A stretch of 52,479 bases of DNA from a virus (taxonomy: Duplodnaviria > Caudoviricetes), in the IMG/VR virus record IMGVR_UViG_3300027850_000083, positions 1 through 52,479 of that record, one strand, 5' to 3'. Below the pieces are notes generated by a model. It had not been told where the DNA came from. It searched no databases and saw nothing but the letters and a program-made list of their open reading frames with translations. This document shows, one piece after another, positions 7,928 to 16,376 of this stretch. The first letter of the stretch is position 1; every line of letters starts with the position of its first letter. The position numbers were made by a program, and so were the translations under genes.

Positions 7928-9141
7928 TTGCTGGGCTCGGCAAGTTGGGCGCTCCTCTCATGGCCGTGCTCGCCAACAGCGGAGTCGAGGCGATCGGTTA
8001 CGACCGCAACCCGAAGACTGTCGCCTTGATCAACGACCGCATCGCCCCCGTGGCTGAGCCTGGTCTCCAAGAGCTGATCGAGTCAGCGCCGTTCTTCACT
8101 GCCACGATCAACCCAGCAGCAGCCGAGATGTGCGACTACGTCTTCATCGTCGTGCCAACGCCATCGACGAAGCAGTCGCGACGCTTCTCGAACCGCTACG
8201 TGCTCGAAGCGATCGACGCCGTTGGGCCACACCTACAACCCGACACCGTCGTCGTCGTCAATTCGACGGTGATGCCGGGCTCGATGTCGGGAGTCATCCG
8301 ACAGTCGCTCCGTGACAGCACGCATCACGACGAAGAGTTGGGTCTCTGCTACAACCCCGAGTTCATCGCACTGGGCGAGGTCATCGACGGAATCCGTCAT
8401 CCGAGCTTCGTGCTGATCGGTGCAGAGCAGCAATGGGCTGCGGACCGCCTTACCGACCTCACGCGCAAGTTCGTCTCTCCGGTCACGACTCCGGTCAAGA
8501 TCATGTCGTCGATCGATGCTGAGATCACGAAGCTGGCGCTCAACAACTACGTCACAATGAAGATCAGCTTCGCCAACGCCATCGGCGAGCTGTGCGATCG
8601 CAACTACGGCGCTGACGCCGAGACGGTGCTCAACGCAGTCGGGCTCGACTTCCGAGTGGGTCAGCCCTACCTGCGACCGGCCACGGCCTACGGCGGACCG
8701 TGTTTCCCGCGCGATGTTCGAGCGTTCCAGGCATTGGTCGATGACGACCACATCCTTGGAGCGTTCGCTCGCGCGACCGAATCAGTCAACGACCACCAGA
8801 CTGAACGCATGATCACCAAGCTGCTCGCTACCGGCAAACGCACCTTCGCTGTCCTGGGTGTGAGCTACAAGCCGGGGACGGCTGTCGACGACGAATCGCC
8901 AGGGCTCCACCTGGCGGCGCGACTCGTCGAACAAGGCATGACAGTGTTCGTTCACGAACCGGCGCTCGGGCACGAGAATCCGTGCGACCTGATTCGCCAA
9001 GCTGATGTCGTCGTCGTGATGACTCCGGATCAACGCTTCCGCGGGATCGAAGAGTTCGGTGAGAAGCGGCTGTTGCTGGATCCGTGGCGGATCATCAAGG
9101 GTGACCAGTGGGATCGGATTCCGTGGGGAGGAACAGCGTGA
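7915..9141 (+). CDS. UDP-glucose/GDP-mannose 6-dehydrogenase family protein
   Basis: GLGKLG Rossmann motif, VPTP, STVMPG, YNPEF, catalytic YGGPCFPRD, GVSYKPGT..ESP. Confidence 0.92.
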   Translation: MRVLVAGLGKLGAPLMAVLANSGVEAIGYDRNPKTVALINDRIAPVAEPGLQELIESAPFFTATINPAAAEMCDYVFIVVPTPSTKQSRRFSNRYVLEAIDAVGPHLQPDTVVVVNSTVMPGSMSGVIRQSLRDSTHHDEELGLCYNPEFIALGEVIDGIRHPSFVLIGAEQQWAADRLTDLTRKFVSPVTTPVKIMSSIDAEITKLALNNYVTMKISFANAIGELCDRNYGADAETVLNAVGLDFRVGQPYLRPATAYGGPCFPRDVRAFQALVDDDHILGAFARATESVNDHQTERMITKLLATGKRTFAVLGVSYKPGTAVDDESPGLHLAARLVEQGMTVFVHEPALGHENPCDLIRQADVVVVMTPDQRFRGIEEFGEKRLLLDPWRIIKGDQWDRIPWGGTA

Positions 9142-9929
9142 GGGTCACCTACAGCGCTCTCGGGAAAGTCGGTCGCCTCGGAAACCAACTGTGGCAGATT
9201 GCGTCGACAGCAGGCATCGCTGAGCGGCGCGACGCTGTGCCGATGTTCGACCCTGGCTGGATCTACCGCCCGTGGTTCTGCATCCCTGATGAGTTCTTCG
9301 AGTACGACGGCAAAGACGACATCGTCGACTCGACATGGATGTGCGAAGAGCTGGACCTTCGCGCGCGCCCGTACCTCCAGCGATACTCACTCATGGAGCC
9401 TGTTGCCGCTCAAGTGCGCGAGTGGTTCCAACCGAGCGATCTAGCGATGGAGCTGATCAACAAGCACCGCGGACTCATCCCCGGACCAGGACTCACCACG
9501 GCAGTCCACGTCCGCCGCGGTGACAACTTGCTGCCTGATCACGACGGCTACTACGAGGTCCCCGGTGAGAGCTACTACCGGCGTGCGCTCGGGCACTTCG
9601 ATGGCTACCCGGTGTTCTTCTCCGACGACATCGACTGGTGCATGAAGACGTTCCAGGATCTCGACGCTGTGTTCATCGTGCCGAACATCCTCACGGTTCC
9701 CGAGGATGGAATCGGAGAACGCGTCACTCCGGCGCTCGACTGGCTCGACATGCAGCTCATGGCACTCTGCGACTACCACGTCATCTCGAACTCGACGTAC
9801 TCATGGTGGGGAGCGTTCCTCAGTGGTGATGCTGTCGTAGCGCGTCCGAAGTGTTGGTTCGGTCCGAAGATCGACTGGACCAACGTCGACTTGATGATGC
9901 CGAAAGGATGGTTCGACGTTCCGTGCTGA
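9138..9929 (+). CDS. alpha-1,2-fucosyltransferase family (GT11)
   Basis: GRLGNQL, AVHVRRGD, FFSDDIDW, ISNSTYSWWGA. Confidence 0.9.
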   Translation: MRVTYSALGKVGRLGNQLWQIASTAGIAERRDAVPMFDPGWIYRPWFCIPDEFFEYDGKDDIVDSTWMCEELDLRARPYLQRYSLMEPVAAQVREWFQPSDLAMELINKHRGLIPGPGLTTAVHVRRGDNLLPDHDGYYEVPGESYYRRALGHFDGYPVFFSDDIDWCMKTFQDLDAVFIVPNILTVPEDGIGERVTPALDWLDMQLMALCDYHVISNSTYSWWGAFLSGDAVVARPKCWFGPKIDWTNVDLMMPKGWFDVPC

Positions 9930-10600
9930 TGAACTTCAACGAGCTGGTCACCAAGCACAACATGCGAATCAAGAGGGTTCTGCATGTTGGTGGGCACCTT
10001 GGTGAAGAAGCGAACGACTACCGACACAATGGCGTTCGTCACGTCACTTGGGTCGAAGCAGATCCGATCGTCGCTCGCGATCTTGAACGAGCGGTGCGAC
10101 GCTTTCACCACCGAGTGATCAACGCACTCGTCACCGATCAAGACAACGTCGAGATGGAGTTCTACGTCACGAACGAGCAGAGCCTCTCGTCGTCGGTGCT
10201 GCATTTCGGTACGCACGCGAAGACGTCGCCGGACATGGTCGTCGAAGAAACGAAGGTGCTCACGTCACGCACGATCAACTCGCTGATGGCCGAAGGATCG
10301 CAGCGAGACTGGCGAGAGATCGACCTCCTGAACATGGACGTGCAAGGTGCTGAGCTGATGGTGCTGCGTGGGGCGACAGATCTGTTGCCTCAACTTCGCT
10401 ACGTGCTCAGTGAAGTCAATCACCAAGACGTCTACCAGAGCTGCGCTCAGATCGAACAACTCGACGCACTGTTGCTTCCGTACGGACTGGTGCGCATGGA
10501 CACGTACTTCACGATGGACGGCTGGGGCGACGCGCTCTGGGTCAAGCGAAAGGAACTCGCGAGTGATCAAGGTGCTAGTGACGGGCTACAACTGCCCTGA
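9929..10600 (+). CDS. FkbM-family methyltransferase
   Basis: LHVGGHLGEE, VEADP, SSSVL, LLNMDVQGAELMVLRGA, WGDALW. Confidence 0.88.
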   Translation: MNFNELVTKHNMRIKRVLHVGGHLGEEANDYRHNGVRHVTWVEADPIVARDLERAVRRFHHRVINALVTDQDNVEMEFYVTNEQSLSSSVLHFGTHAKTSPDMVVEETKVLTSRTINSLMAEGSQRDWREIDLLNMDVQGAELMVLRGATDLLPQLRYVLSEVNHQDVYQSCAQIEQLDALLLPYGLVRMDTYFTMDGWGDALWVKRKELASDQGASDGLQLP

Positions 10601-11318
10601 GTGGATCGGAAGGGGACTGGCGAGCGTTCGTGACCAAGATCTCGATGAACCGTTCGAGGTCTGTATGGTCGACGATGGATCGACCGACCCAGCGCAACGT
10701 GAAGCAATGCTGGCTGTGCTCGACACTGTCCCAGAAGTTCAGACGTGGCATCTGCTGCTCCGAGGATCGAACCGCAAGGCGACGTTCTCCGTGCAGCAGG
10801 CGATGATCATCCTTGACCCCGACCCCTACGACATTGTCGTGCTGCTCGATGGTGACGACTACCTCGCCCCGTGGGCGCTCTCGTACTTGCGCGACATGTA
10901 CGAACGCGATGCCAACTGTTGGCTGACCTACGGACAGTACGAGCCCGTCCCACACAACACCGGGCAAGTGCTTGCGTCCGCGTACCCGCGTGAGGTGCTT
11001 GATCGTCGCACGTTCCGTCAGCACCCGATCGTCTTCAACCACCCTTACAGTTTCCGCTACTTCCTCTTCTCGAAGGTGCGGATAGCGGACGCGCAAGACG
11101 CATCGGGAAACTGGTTCCGCGCTGGGATGGACCAGGTGTACCTCTACCCGATGTTGGAGATGGCTGGGAAGCACCACATCCGGTTCATCGACAAGACGCT
11201 CTACTACTACAACGCTGTGAACCCGCGGAGCGAGACACACATCCAAGACGAGGAGCCGAATCCAGGAGAGCTGATTCGGTCCCTTCCGAAACGCGAATTG
11301 CTTCGACACCGCCCGTAA
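10563..11318 (+). CDS. glycosyltransferase family 2
   Basis: GYNCPEWI..LASV..Q, VDDGSTD, LLDGDDYL, LYYYN. Confidence 0.85.
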   Translation: MIKVLVTGYNCPEWIGRGLASVRDQDLDEPFEVCMVDDGSTDPAQREAMLAVLDTVPEVQTWHLLLRGSNRKATFSVQQAMIILDPDPYDIVVLLDGDDYLAPWALSYLRDMYERDANCWLTYGQYEPVPHNTGQVLASAYPREVLDRRTFRQHPIVFNHPYSFRYFLFSKVRIADAQDASGNWFRAGMDQVYLYPMLEMAGKHHIRFIDKTLYYYNAVNPRSETHIQDEEPNPGELIRSLPKRELLRHRP

Positions 11319-11329
11319 AGTCACGCTCC

Positions 11330-12292
11330 ATGTGGGCAGTGACCGGGGCCGGGGGCTTCATCGGCGGGCACATGGTGAAGCGACTCATCGCGATGGGCGA
11401 AGACGTTGTCGGCATCGACCAGAAGTCGATCATGGACTGGTATCAGGTGCCGAGCGGCGAGGCGTGTCGCGCTGGCGTGAACCTCAGTCACGTCGACGAC
11501 GCTGTGAAGGCACTGCACGGTGCCAAGCATGTGATCCACCTCGCCGCTGACATGGGCGGGATGGGCTTCATCGAGACGCACAAGGCCGAGTGCATGTTGA
11601 GCGTGCTCAGCTCGACGGCGGTGCTGATCGGAGCGGCCCGCAACCAGGCTCACGGGCTCTTCTACGCCAGCTCGGCGTGCGTGTACCCCGGCTACCTCCA
11701 GGACACCACGGGGGTGGCTGATGGGCTCCGTGAGGCTGATGCCTACCCGGCGATGCCCGAGGACGGCTACGGGTACGAGAAGCTCTTCTCTGAGCGGATG
11801 TCCCGGCACTTCATGGAAGACTTTCACCTTCCGACTTTCGTGGGCCGCTACCACAACGTCTACGGACCGCACGGGACGTGGGAGGGCGGGCGCGAGAAGG
11901 CGCCAGCGGCAATCTGTCGGAAGGTGATCGAGGCGAAGCTCAGCGGGATCCACGACATCGAGATCTGGGGCGACGGTGAGCAGACCCGGAGCTTCATGTA
12001 CGTCGACGACTGCGTCGAAGGCACGCTGCGCCTCATGCGCTCGGACTTCCATGACCCCATCAACATCGGGTCCGATCGGCTAGTGACGATCAACGAGCTG
12101 GTGACGATCGTGGAGAAGATCGCGGGGATTTGGCTGGACAGGCACTACAAGCTGGATGCACCGTTGGGTGTGCGCGGCCGGAACTCCAACAACGAGCTGA
12201 TCCGTGCGACGCTCGGGTGGGAACCCAAGGTCTCGCTCGAAGACGGGATGGCCGAGACGTACGACTGGATCTACTCTCAGATCACTCAGTGA
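11330..12292 (+). CDS. NAD-dependent epimerase, GDP-mannose 3',5'-epimerase-like
   Basis: TGAGGFIG, HLAADMGGMGFI, SSACVYP, YGYEK, GGREKAPAAICRK, GVRGRNSNN match GME signatures. Confidence 0.85.
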   Translation: MWAVTGAGGFIGGHMVKRLIAMGEDVVGIDQKSIMDWYQVPSGEACRAGVNLSHVDDAVKALHGAKHVIHLAADMGGMGFIETHKAECMLSVLSSTAVLIGAARNQAHGLFYASSACVYPGYLQDTTGVADGLREADAYPAMPEDGYGYEKLFSERMSRHFMEDFHLPTFVGRYHNVYGPHGTWEGGREKAPAAICRKVIEAKLSGIHDIEIWGDGEQTRSFMYVDDCVEGTLRLMRSDFHDPINIGSDRLVTINELVTIVEKIAGIWLDRHYKLDAPLGVRGRNSNNELIRATLGWEPKVSLEDGMAETYDWIYSQITQ

Positions 12293-12314
12293 TCGTTGAC
12301 GGAAGGAAGATCCT

Positions 12315-13412
12315 GTGCGCGTGAAGATCTTCCCTGCTGATCGAAGCGGGTGCGGCTACTACCGCTGCATCTTCCCCGCCCGAGCAGTGCAAGCGTCGGG
12401 TAACGAGCGAGTCGAAGTGTTCGTCGTCGATGACGACGAGAACCAGGACATGATCCTCAACGCGAAGTTCGGTGGAACGGTCGGTCGACCGCAGATCTTC
12501 GAGATCGACAATCCCGAGTGCGACGTGTTGGTGTTGCAGCGTCCGATGGACCGCAAACTCGTCGAAGCGATTCCGCTCATCCAAGCACATGGAACGGCCG
12601 TGGTGGTCGAGATCGACGATGACTTCGACACGCTCTCGCCGAAGAACCCGGCGTTCCGTGCAGCGAGTCCACGATTCAGTCCCGAGTCCAACTCGATGTG
12701 GTTCGGGCTCGCTCTCCAGACGTGTGACTACGTGATCACCTCGACCGAAGCGCTGCTCAAGCGCTACGGCCAACGTGGCAATGCCTGCTCGATCTCCAAC
12801 TACGTCCCCGAGAGCTACTTCAAGACCGAGCCGTACACCAAGGGGATTCGAGAGGATCTCTGGATCGGCTGGCCGGGCAACCCGTTCTCGCATCCTGGTG
12901 ATCTCGAAGTGGTGTCAACGTCGGTTCGCGACGTGATGCGTGAGCACGACAGCACCTGGCTCTACACCGTTGGTCACGATTCCACGATCAGTCGCTTCCA
13001 GTGTGATGAGTTCACTCCCGCGCGCACGCACGTAGCGCACTGGTCACCGTTGCTGGAGCATGCTCAATCAACATGCGAACTGGATGTCGGACTTGCTCCA
13101 CTATCTCGCGTCCCGTTCAACACGGCGAAGAGCTGGATCAAGCCGTTGGAGTACGCAGCGCTCGGGGTCCCGTTCGTTGCATCGCCCACGCGAGAGTACC
13201 GGCGACTCCAGAAGCTGACGGGCGTTGGTGAGATGGCCGAATACCCGATCGACTGGAAACTCAGTCTGGGCAAGCTCGTCAGTGATGATGACTACCGAGC
13301 TGAACGTGCGGCGCTCCAGCGCGAAGCTGTGCGCACGCTGACCTACGAAGAACACCTCGACGAATGGGTGAACGCGTGGTCAATGGCTATGGCATATCGA
13401 TCGGCCCGGTGA
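12315..13412 (+). CDS. GT-B glycosyltransferase (GT4-like)
   Basis: GCGYYR, VLQR, EIDDDF, DVGLAPL..FN..KSWIKPLEYAALGVPFVASP. Confidence 0.85.
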   Translation: MRVKIFPADRSGCGYYRCIFPARAVQASGNERVEVFVVDDDENQDMILNAKFGGTVGRPQIFEIDNPECDVLVLQRPMDRKLVEAIPLIQAHGTAVVVEIDDDFDTLSPKNPAFRAASPRFSPESNSMWFGLALQTCDYVITSTEALLKRYGQRGNACSISNYVPESYFKTEPYTKGIREDLWIGWPGNPFSHPGDLEVVSTSVRDVMREHDSTWLYTVGHDSTISRFQCDEFTPARTHVAHWSPLLEHAQSTCELDVGLAPLSRVPFNTAKSWIKPLEYAALGVPFVASPTREYRRLQKLTGVGEMAEYPIDWKLSLGKLVSDDDYRAERAALQREAVRTLTYEEHLDEWVNAWSMAMAYRSAR

Positions 13413-13678
13413 GCGGACGAGATTGGGTCCCACACCGGGGTGGGTGGTGTTTCGGCAGCTTCGTGCGCGTGTACGGAGGCCGCGACTTCGAGGTCGCCGT
13501 TGTCCACGTCGAAACCGGAATCTACTTCCGGATCACGGCCGGTCCTACGAGAGACGACGTCGTGGCCGCAGCGCATGACGGGATCGACCGAGAGCTTGAT
13601 CGTCGGGCTCGAAAGCTCGGAGAACCCGACTGCGAGGTCACGGTGCTGACCAAGATCACTCGTAGGATGGTCGTGTGA
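13409..13678 (+). CDS. hypothetical protein
   Basis: GTGA-coupled at both ends. Confidence 0.55.
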   Translation: MSGRDWVPHRGGWCFGSFVRVYGGRDFEVAVVHVETGIYFRITAGPTRDDVVAAAHDGIDRELDRRARKLGEPDCEVTVLTKITRRMVV

Positions 13679-13905
13679 CCATCCCAACGAACCCCGTGCT
13701 CTGCTGGGCGTGCAGTCGCTACGACCGGTCTTCGTCTGACCTCATCCAGACATGTGAAGCGTTCCCCGATGGGATCCCCGTCGCGATCAACCCCTTGGGT
13801 GCTGATCATCGTCAGCCCGTAAAGGGAGATCACGGGCTGCAATTCGTTCTTCAAGATGGGTACAGCGAGTTGTTGTCTGACTACGAGGATGCGCAAGGCG
13901 GATAG
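13675..13905 (+). CDS. small Cys/His phage protein (CxxC..CxAFPxGIP..DH..GDxGxxF)
   Basis: recognisable small phage protein motif; TAGGAT -10 box 6 nt upstream. Confidence 0.65.
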   Translation: MTIPTNPVLCWACSRYDRSSSDLIQTCEAFPDGIPVAINPLGADHRQPVKGDHGLQFVLQDGYSELLSDYEDAQGG

Positions 13906-15210
13906 ATGGCTGCGCTCGACAACTGGCGCGAGTGGGATCCCGACAACAAGGCCGAGCTGCTCCGCCGTCTTCGACACGACTGGAAGTTGTGGGCGCGTGA
14001 CGATCAGCTCCCGCCAACTAACGACGAGTGGCTCGTCTGGATGCTCATGGCCGGGCGTGGATCGGGCAAGACGCGCGCGGGAGCTGAGTACGCACGCGAG
14101 AAAGCGGAGTCGCACCCGAAGTGGCGCGTTGGTGTCATCGCACCAACGCATGGCGACTGCCGTGATATCTGCTTCGAGGGCGAGTCCGGGCTCATGGAGA
14201 TCATCCCACCCGGCAACATCGAGCACTACAACCGATCGAATCTGGAGCTGATCCTGCGCAACGGCAGCCGGTTCAAGGGCTACTCCGCTGAGAAGCCTGA
14301 CCGCCTCCGTGGTCCTCAGCACCATCTGCTGTGGTGCGAGGAAATCGCAAGTTGGCAATTCCCCGAGACGTACGACCAGGCGCAGTTCGGTCTGCGCTTG
14401 GGCGAGCGCCCGCGCACGATCATCACCACTACGCCGCGACCGACGCAGTTCATCAAAGACTTTGTCGAACGCTCCGAAGAGGAACCGAACTATGTCGTCA
14501 TCTCGCGAGCGTCGACGTTCGACAACGCTGAGAACCTCCCGCAATCTCAACTTGACGAGCTGCGTCGTCGATACGCCGACACCTATCTTGGTCAACAAGA
14601 GCTGTATGGCGCACTCATCGACGACATTGAAGGCGCACTTTGGAAGCGAGCGGTGCTCGACGAGACGCGCATCACGCTCGCGCAACAGCCGCAGATGTCG
14701 CGTGTGGTGATCGGTGTCGACCCCGCAGTCACGTCGAACGAGAAGTCAGACGAGACCGGCATCATCGTGTTGGGCAAGGGGGTTGATGGTCAGGGCTACG
14801 TGCTTGGCGACTACTCACTCCGAGGCACACCCGACCAGTGGGCGCGCAAGGTTGTCGAGGCGTATCACGCGCATCGTTGCGACCGCGTCGTCGCCGAGGT
14901 CAACAACGGTGGCGAGATGGTGAAATACACGCTGCGAACGATCGAGTCGTCACTGCCGGTCAAGACCGTCACGGCCACCCGTGGCAAGGCCGTGCGTGCC
15001 GAACCGATCAGTGCGATGTACGAGCAGCGCAAGGTGCATCATGTCGGAATCTTCGGGGCGCTTGAAGATCAGATGTGTAGTTGGATTCCTGGTGAGACAG
15101 TCGGGCGCCGTGTCAAGAGTCCTGACCGCGTTGACGCTCTCGTCTGGGCTGGTCACGAACTTCTTCTCAAGTCTGGCGTGCCCAGCATGGCGGTCGCCCG
15201 ACCCCGATGA
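13906..15210 (+). CDS. terL: terminase large subunit
   Basis: Walker A AGRGSGKT, LRGPQ, Walker B LWCEE, TTTP, nuclease GVDPA..DETG, EVNNGG, SPDRVDA. Confidence 0.95.
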   Translation: MAALDNWREWDPDNKAELLRRLRHDWKLWARDDQLPPTNDEWLVWMLMAGRGSGKTRAGAEYAREKAESHPKWRVGVIAPTHGDCRDICFEGESGLMEIIPPGNIEHYNRSNLELILRNGSRFKGYSAEKPDRLRGPQHHLLWCEEIASWQFPETYDQAQFGLRLGERPRTIITTTPRPTQFIKDFVERSEEEPNYVVISRASTFDNAENLPQSQLDELRRRYADTYLGQQELYGALIDDIEGALWKRAVLDETRITLAQQPQMSRVVIGVDPAVTSNEKSDETGIIVLGKGVDGQGYVLGDYSLRGTPDQWARKVVEAYHAHRCDRVVAEVNNGGEMVKYTLRTIESSLPVKTVTATRGKAVRAEPISAMYEQRKVHHVGIFGALEDQMCSWIPGETVGRRVKSPDRVDALVWAGHELLLKSGVPSMAVARPR

Positions 15211-15225
15211 TATCGTCGCCGCTTC

Positions 15226-15432
15226 GTGGATAGCGAGATCAGCTTCAAGATCAAGGGGCACGCCGGTGCCGGTTGGTGGTGCGAAGAAACCACTGACAAG
15301 GAGCGAGTTCTCCGGGTGATGTCCACGCGCCTGAAAGACCGCACTGGGGCCGGTGAAGTCCTGATCGACGTGCAATGCTCGGAACTTCCTAGCCCGGAAG
15401 GTGATCGTGGCAACGACGCTCAACAAGCGTGA
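15226..15432 (+). CDS. hypothetical protein
   Basis: TGATATCGT promoter-like box just upstream; fills the gap. Confidence 0.45.
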   Translation: MDSEISFKIKGHAGAGWWCEETTDKERVLRVMSTRLKDRTGAGEVLIDVQCSELPSPEGDRGNDAQQA

Positions 15433-15595
15433 GACGATCCTCCACACAGCACAACGCTCGAAGTCGGGCGTGGCGTTGGAGGACATGGTCGATCGATGCG
15501 ATGCGTCGTTGACCTACGTGCGCGCGGTGTTGCGTGACGCTGGTTACACGCCGACCGGGAAGCTGCGTTCCGGCAAGATCGTTTGGTCTCGCTGA
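15401..15595 (+). CDS. small HTH-like hypothetical protein
   Basis: LEDMVDRCDASLTYVRAVL resembles an HTH; GGAAGG upstream. Confidence 0.5.
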   Translation: MIVATTLNKRETILHTAQRSKSGVALEDMVDRCDASLTYVRAVLRDAGYTPTGKLRSGKIVWSR

Positions 15596-15682
15596 CGTAA
15601 CGAACCGTCGACGTACGCCGACGGCTGTCATCGGAGCGTGTGATCACGCCACGTTCCGGATCCCCCCATCAGGAGAAACTGT

Positions 15683-16288
15683 GTGCCGTTTGCTACCCAG
15701 AAGAGTTTCGTTGCCACCTTCATCATCTGCGTAGCGGCGCTCATCGCGATCGCTGCGATGAGCACTACCGCTTCAACAAGAGAGCCTGTTCGAGCACAGC
15801 TCCAGGTTCGCAGTACCCAACCCTGCTCGATCGGTTGTGAGTGGGGGCCAACAGTTGCAGCGTCGTTGCAGCAGAAGCAAGACGTTCGCGATGCTGTGTT
15901 CGCCGCCATCGTTGAACAACAACGACTCGCTGCTGAACAGGCTGCGGCGGAAGAAGAAGCTGCGGCAGAAGCTGCGAAGCGAGCATCCCGCTCGTCGTCC
16001 ACACGATCCACAACGTCATCCACAATGTCATCCACAATGTCATCCACAGAAGGTGGAACGGCGTGCGCGATTCCCGCGTACATCTGTGACCGCGAGTCGG
16101 GTGGTGATCTGACCGTCTACAACCACCAGGGCTCAGGGGCGTCGGGGAAGTACCAGTTCATGCCAAGAACCTGGAACGGCTACGGCGGCTACGCGAACGC
16201 TGCGGATGCTCCCGAGGCAGTGCAGGATGCGAAGGCAACGGAGCTATGGGCCGGTGGAGCAGGTTGCGGCCACTGGTCCGCCTGTTGA
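15683..16288 (+). CDS. secreted/anchored Rpf-like lytic transglycosylase
   Basis: N-terminal signal/TM segment, Ala/Ser linker, C-terminal ICDRESGG..ASGKYQF..TW..APEAVQDAKA..W. Confidence 0.8.
   Translation: MPFATQKSFVATFIICVAALIAIAAMSTTASTREPVRAQLQVRSTQPCSIGCEWGPTVAASLQQKQDVRDAVFAAIVEQQRLAAEQAAAEEEAAAEAAKRASRSSSTRSTTSSTMSSTMSSTEGGTACAIPAYICDRESGGDLTVYNHQGSGASGKYQFMPRTWNGYGGYANAADAPEAVQDAKATELWAGGAGCGHWSAC
15995..16048 (+). repeat. 12-bp tandem repeat (TCATCCACAAYG) within the Rpf-like gene
   Basis: five TCCACA-containing 9-mers starting at 15995, 16004, 16016, 16028, 16040. Confidence 0.85.
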
Positions 16289-16376
16289 TCGCGAAACAGG
16301 CGCGCGGAGCCGCGCGCGCGTGAACCCTCAGGTCTAGGATCGGCGACACTCCGGTCACAGTCTTGAAGGGGCTCAG

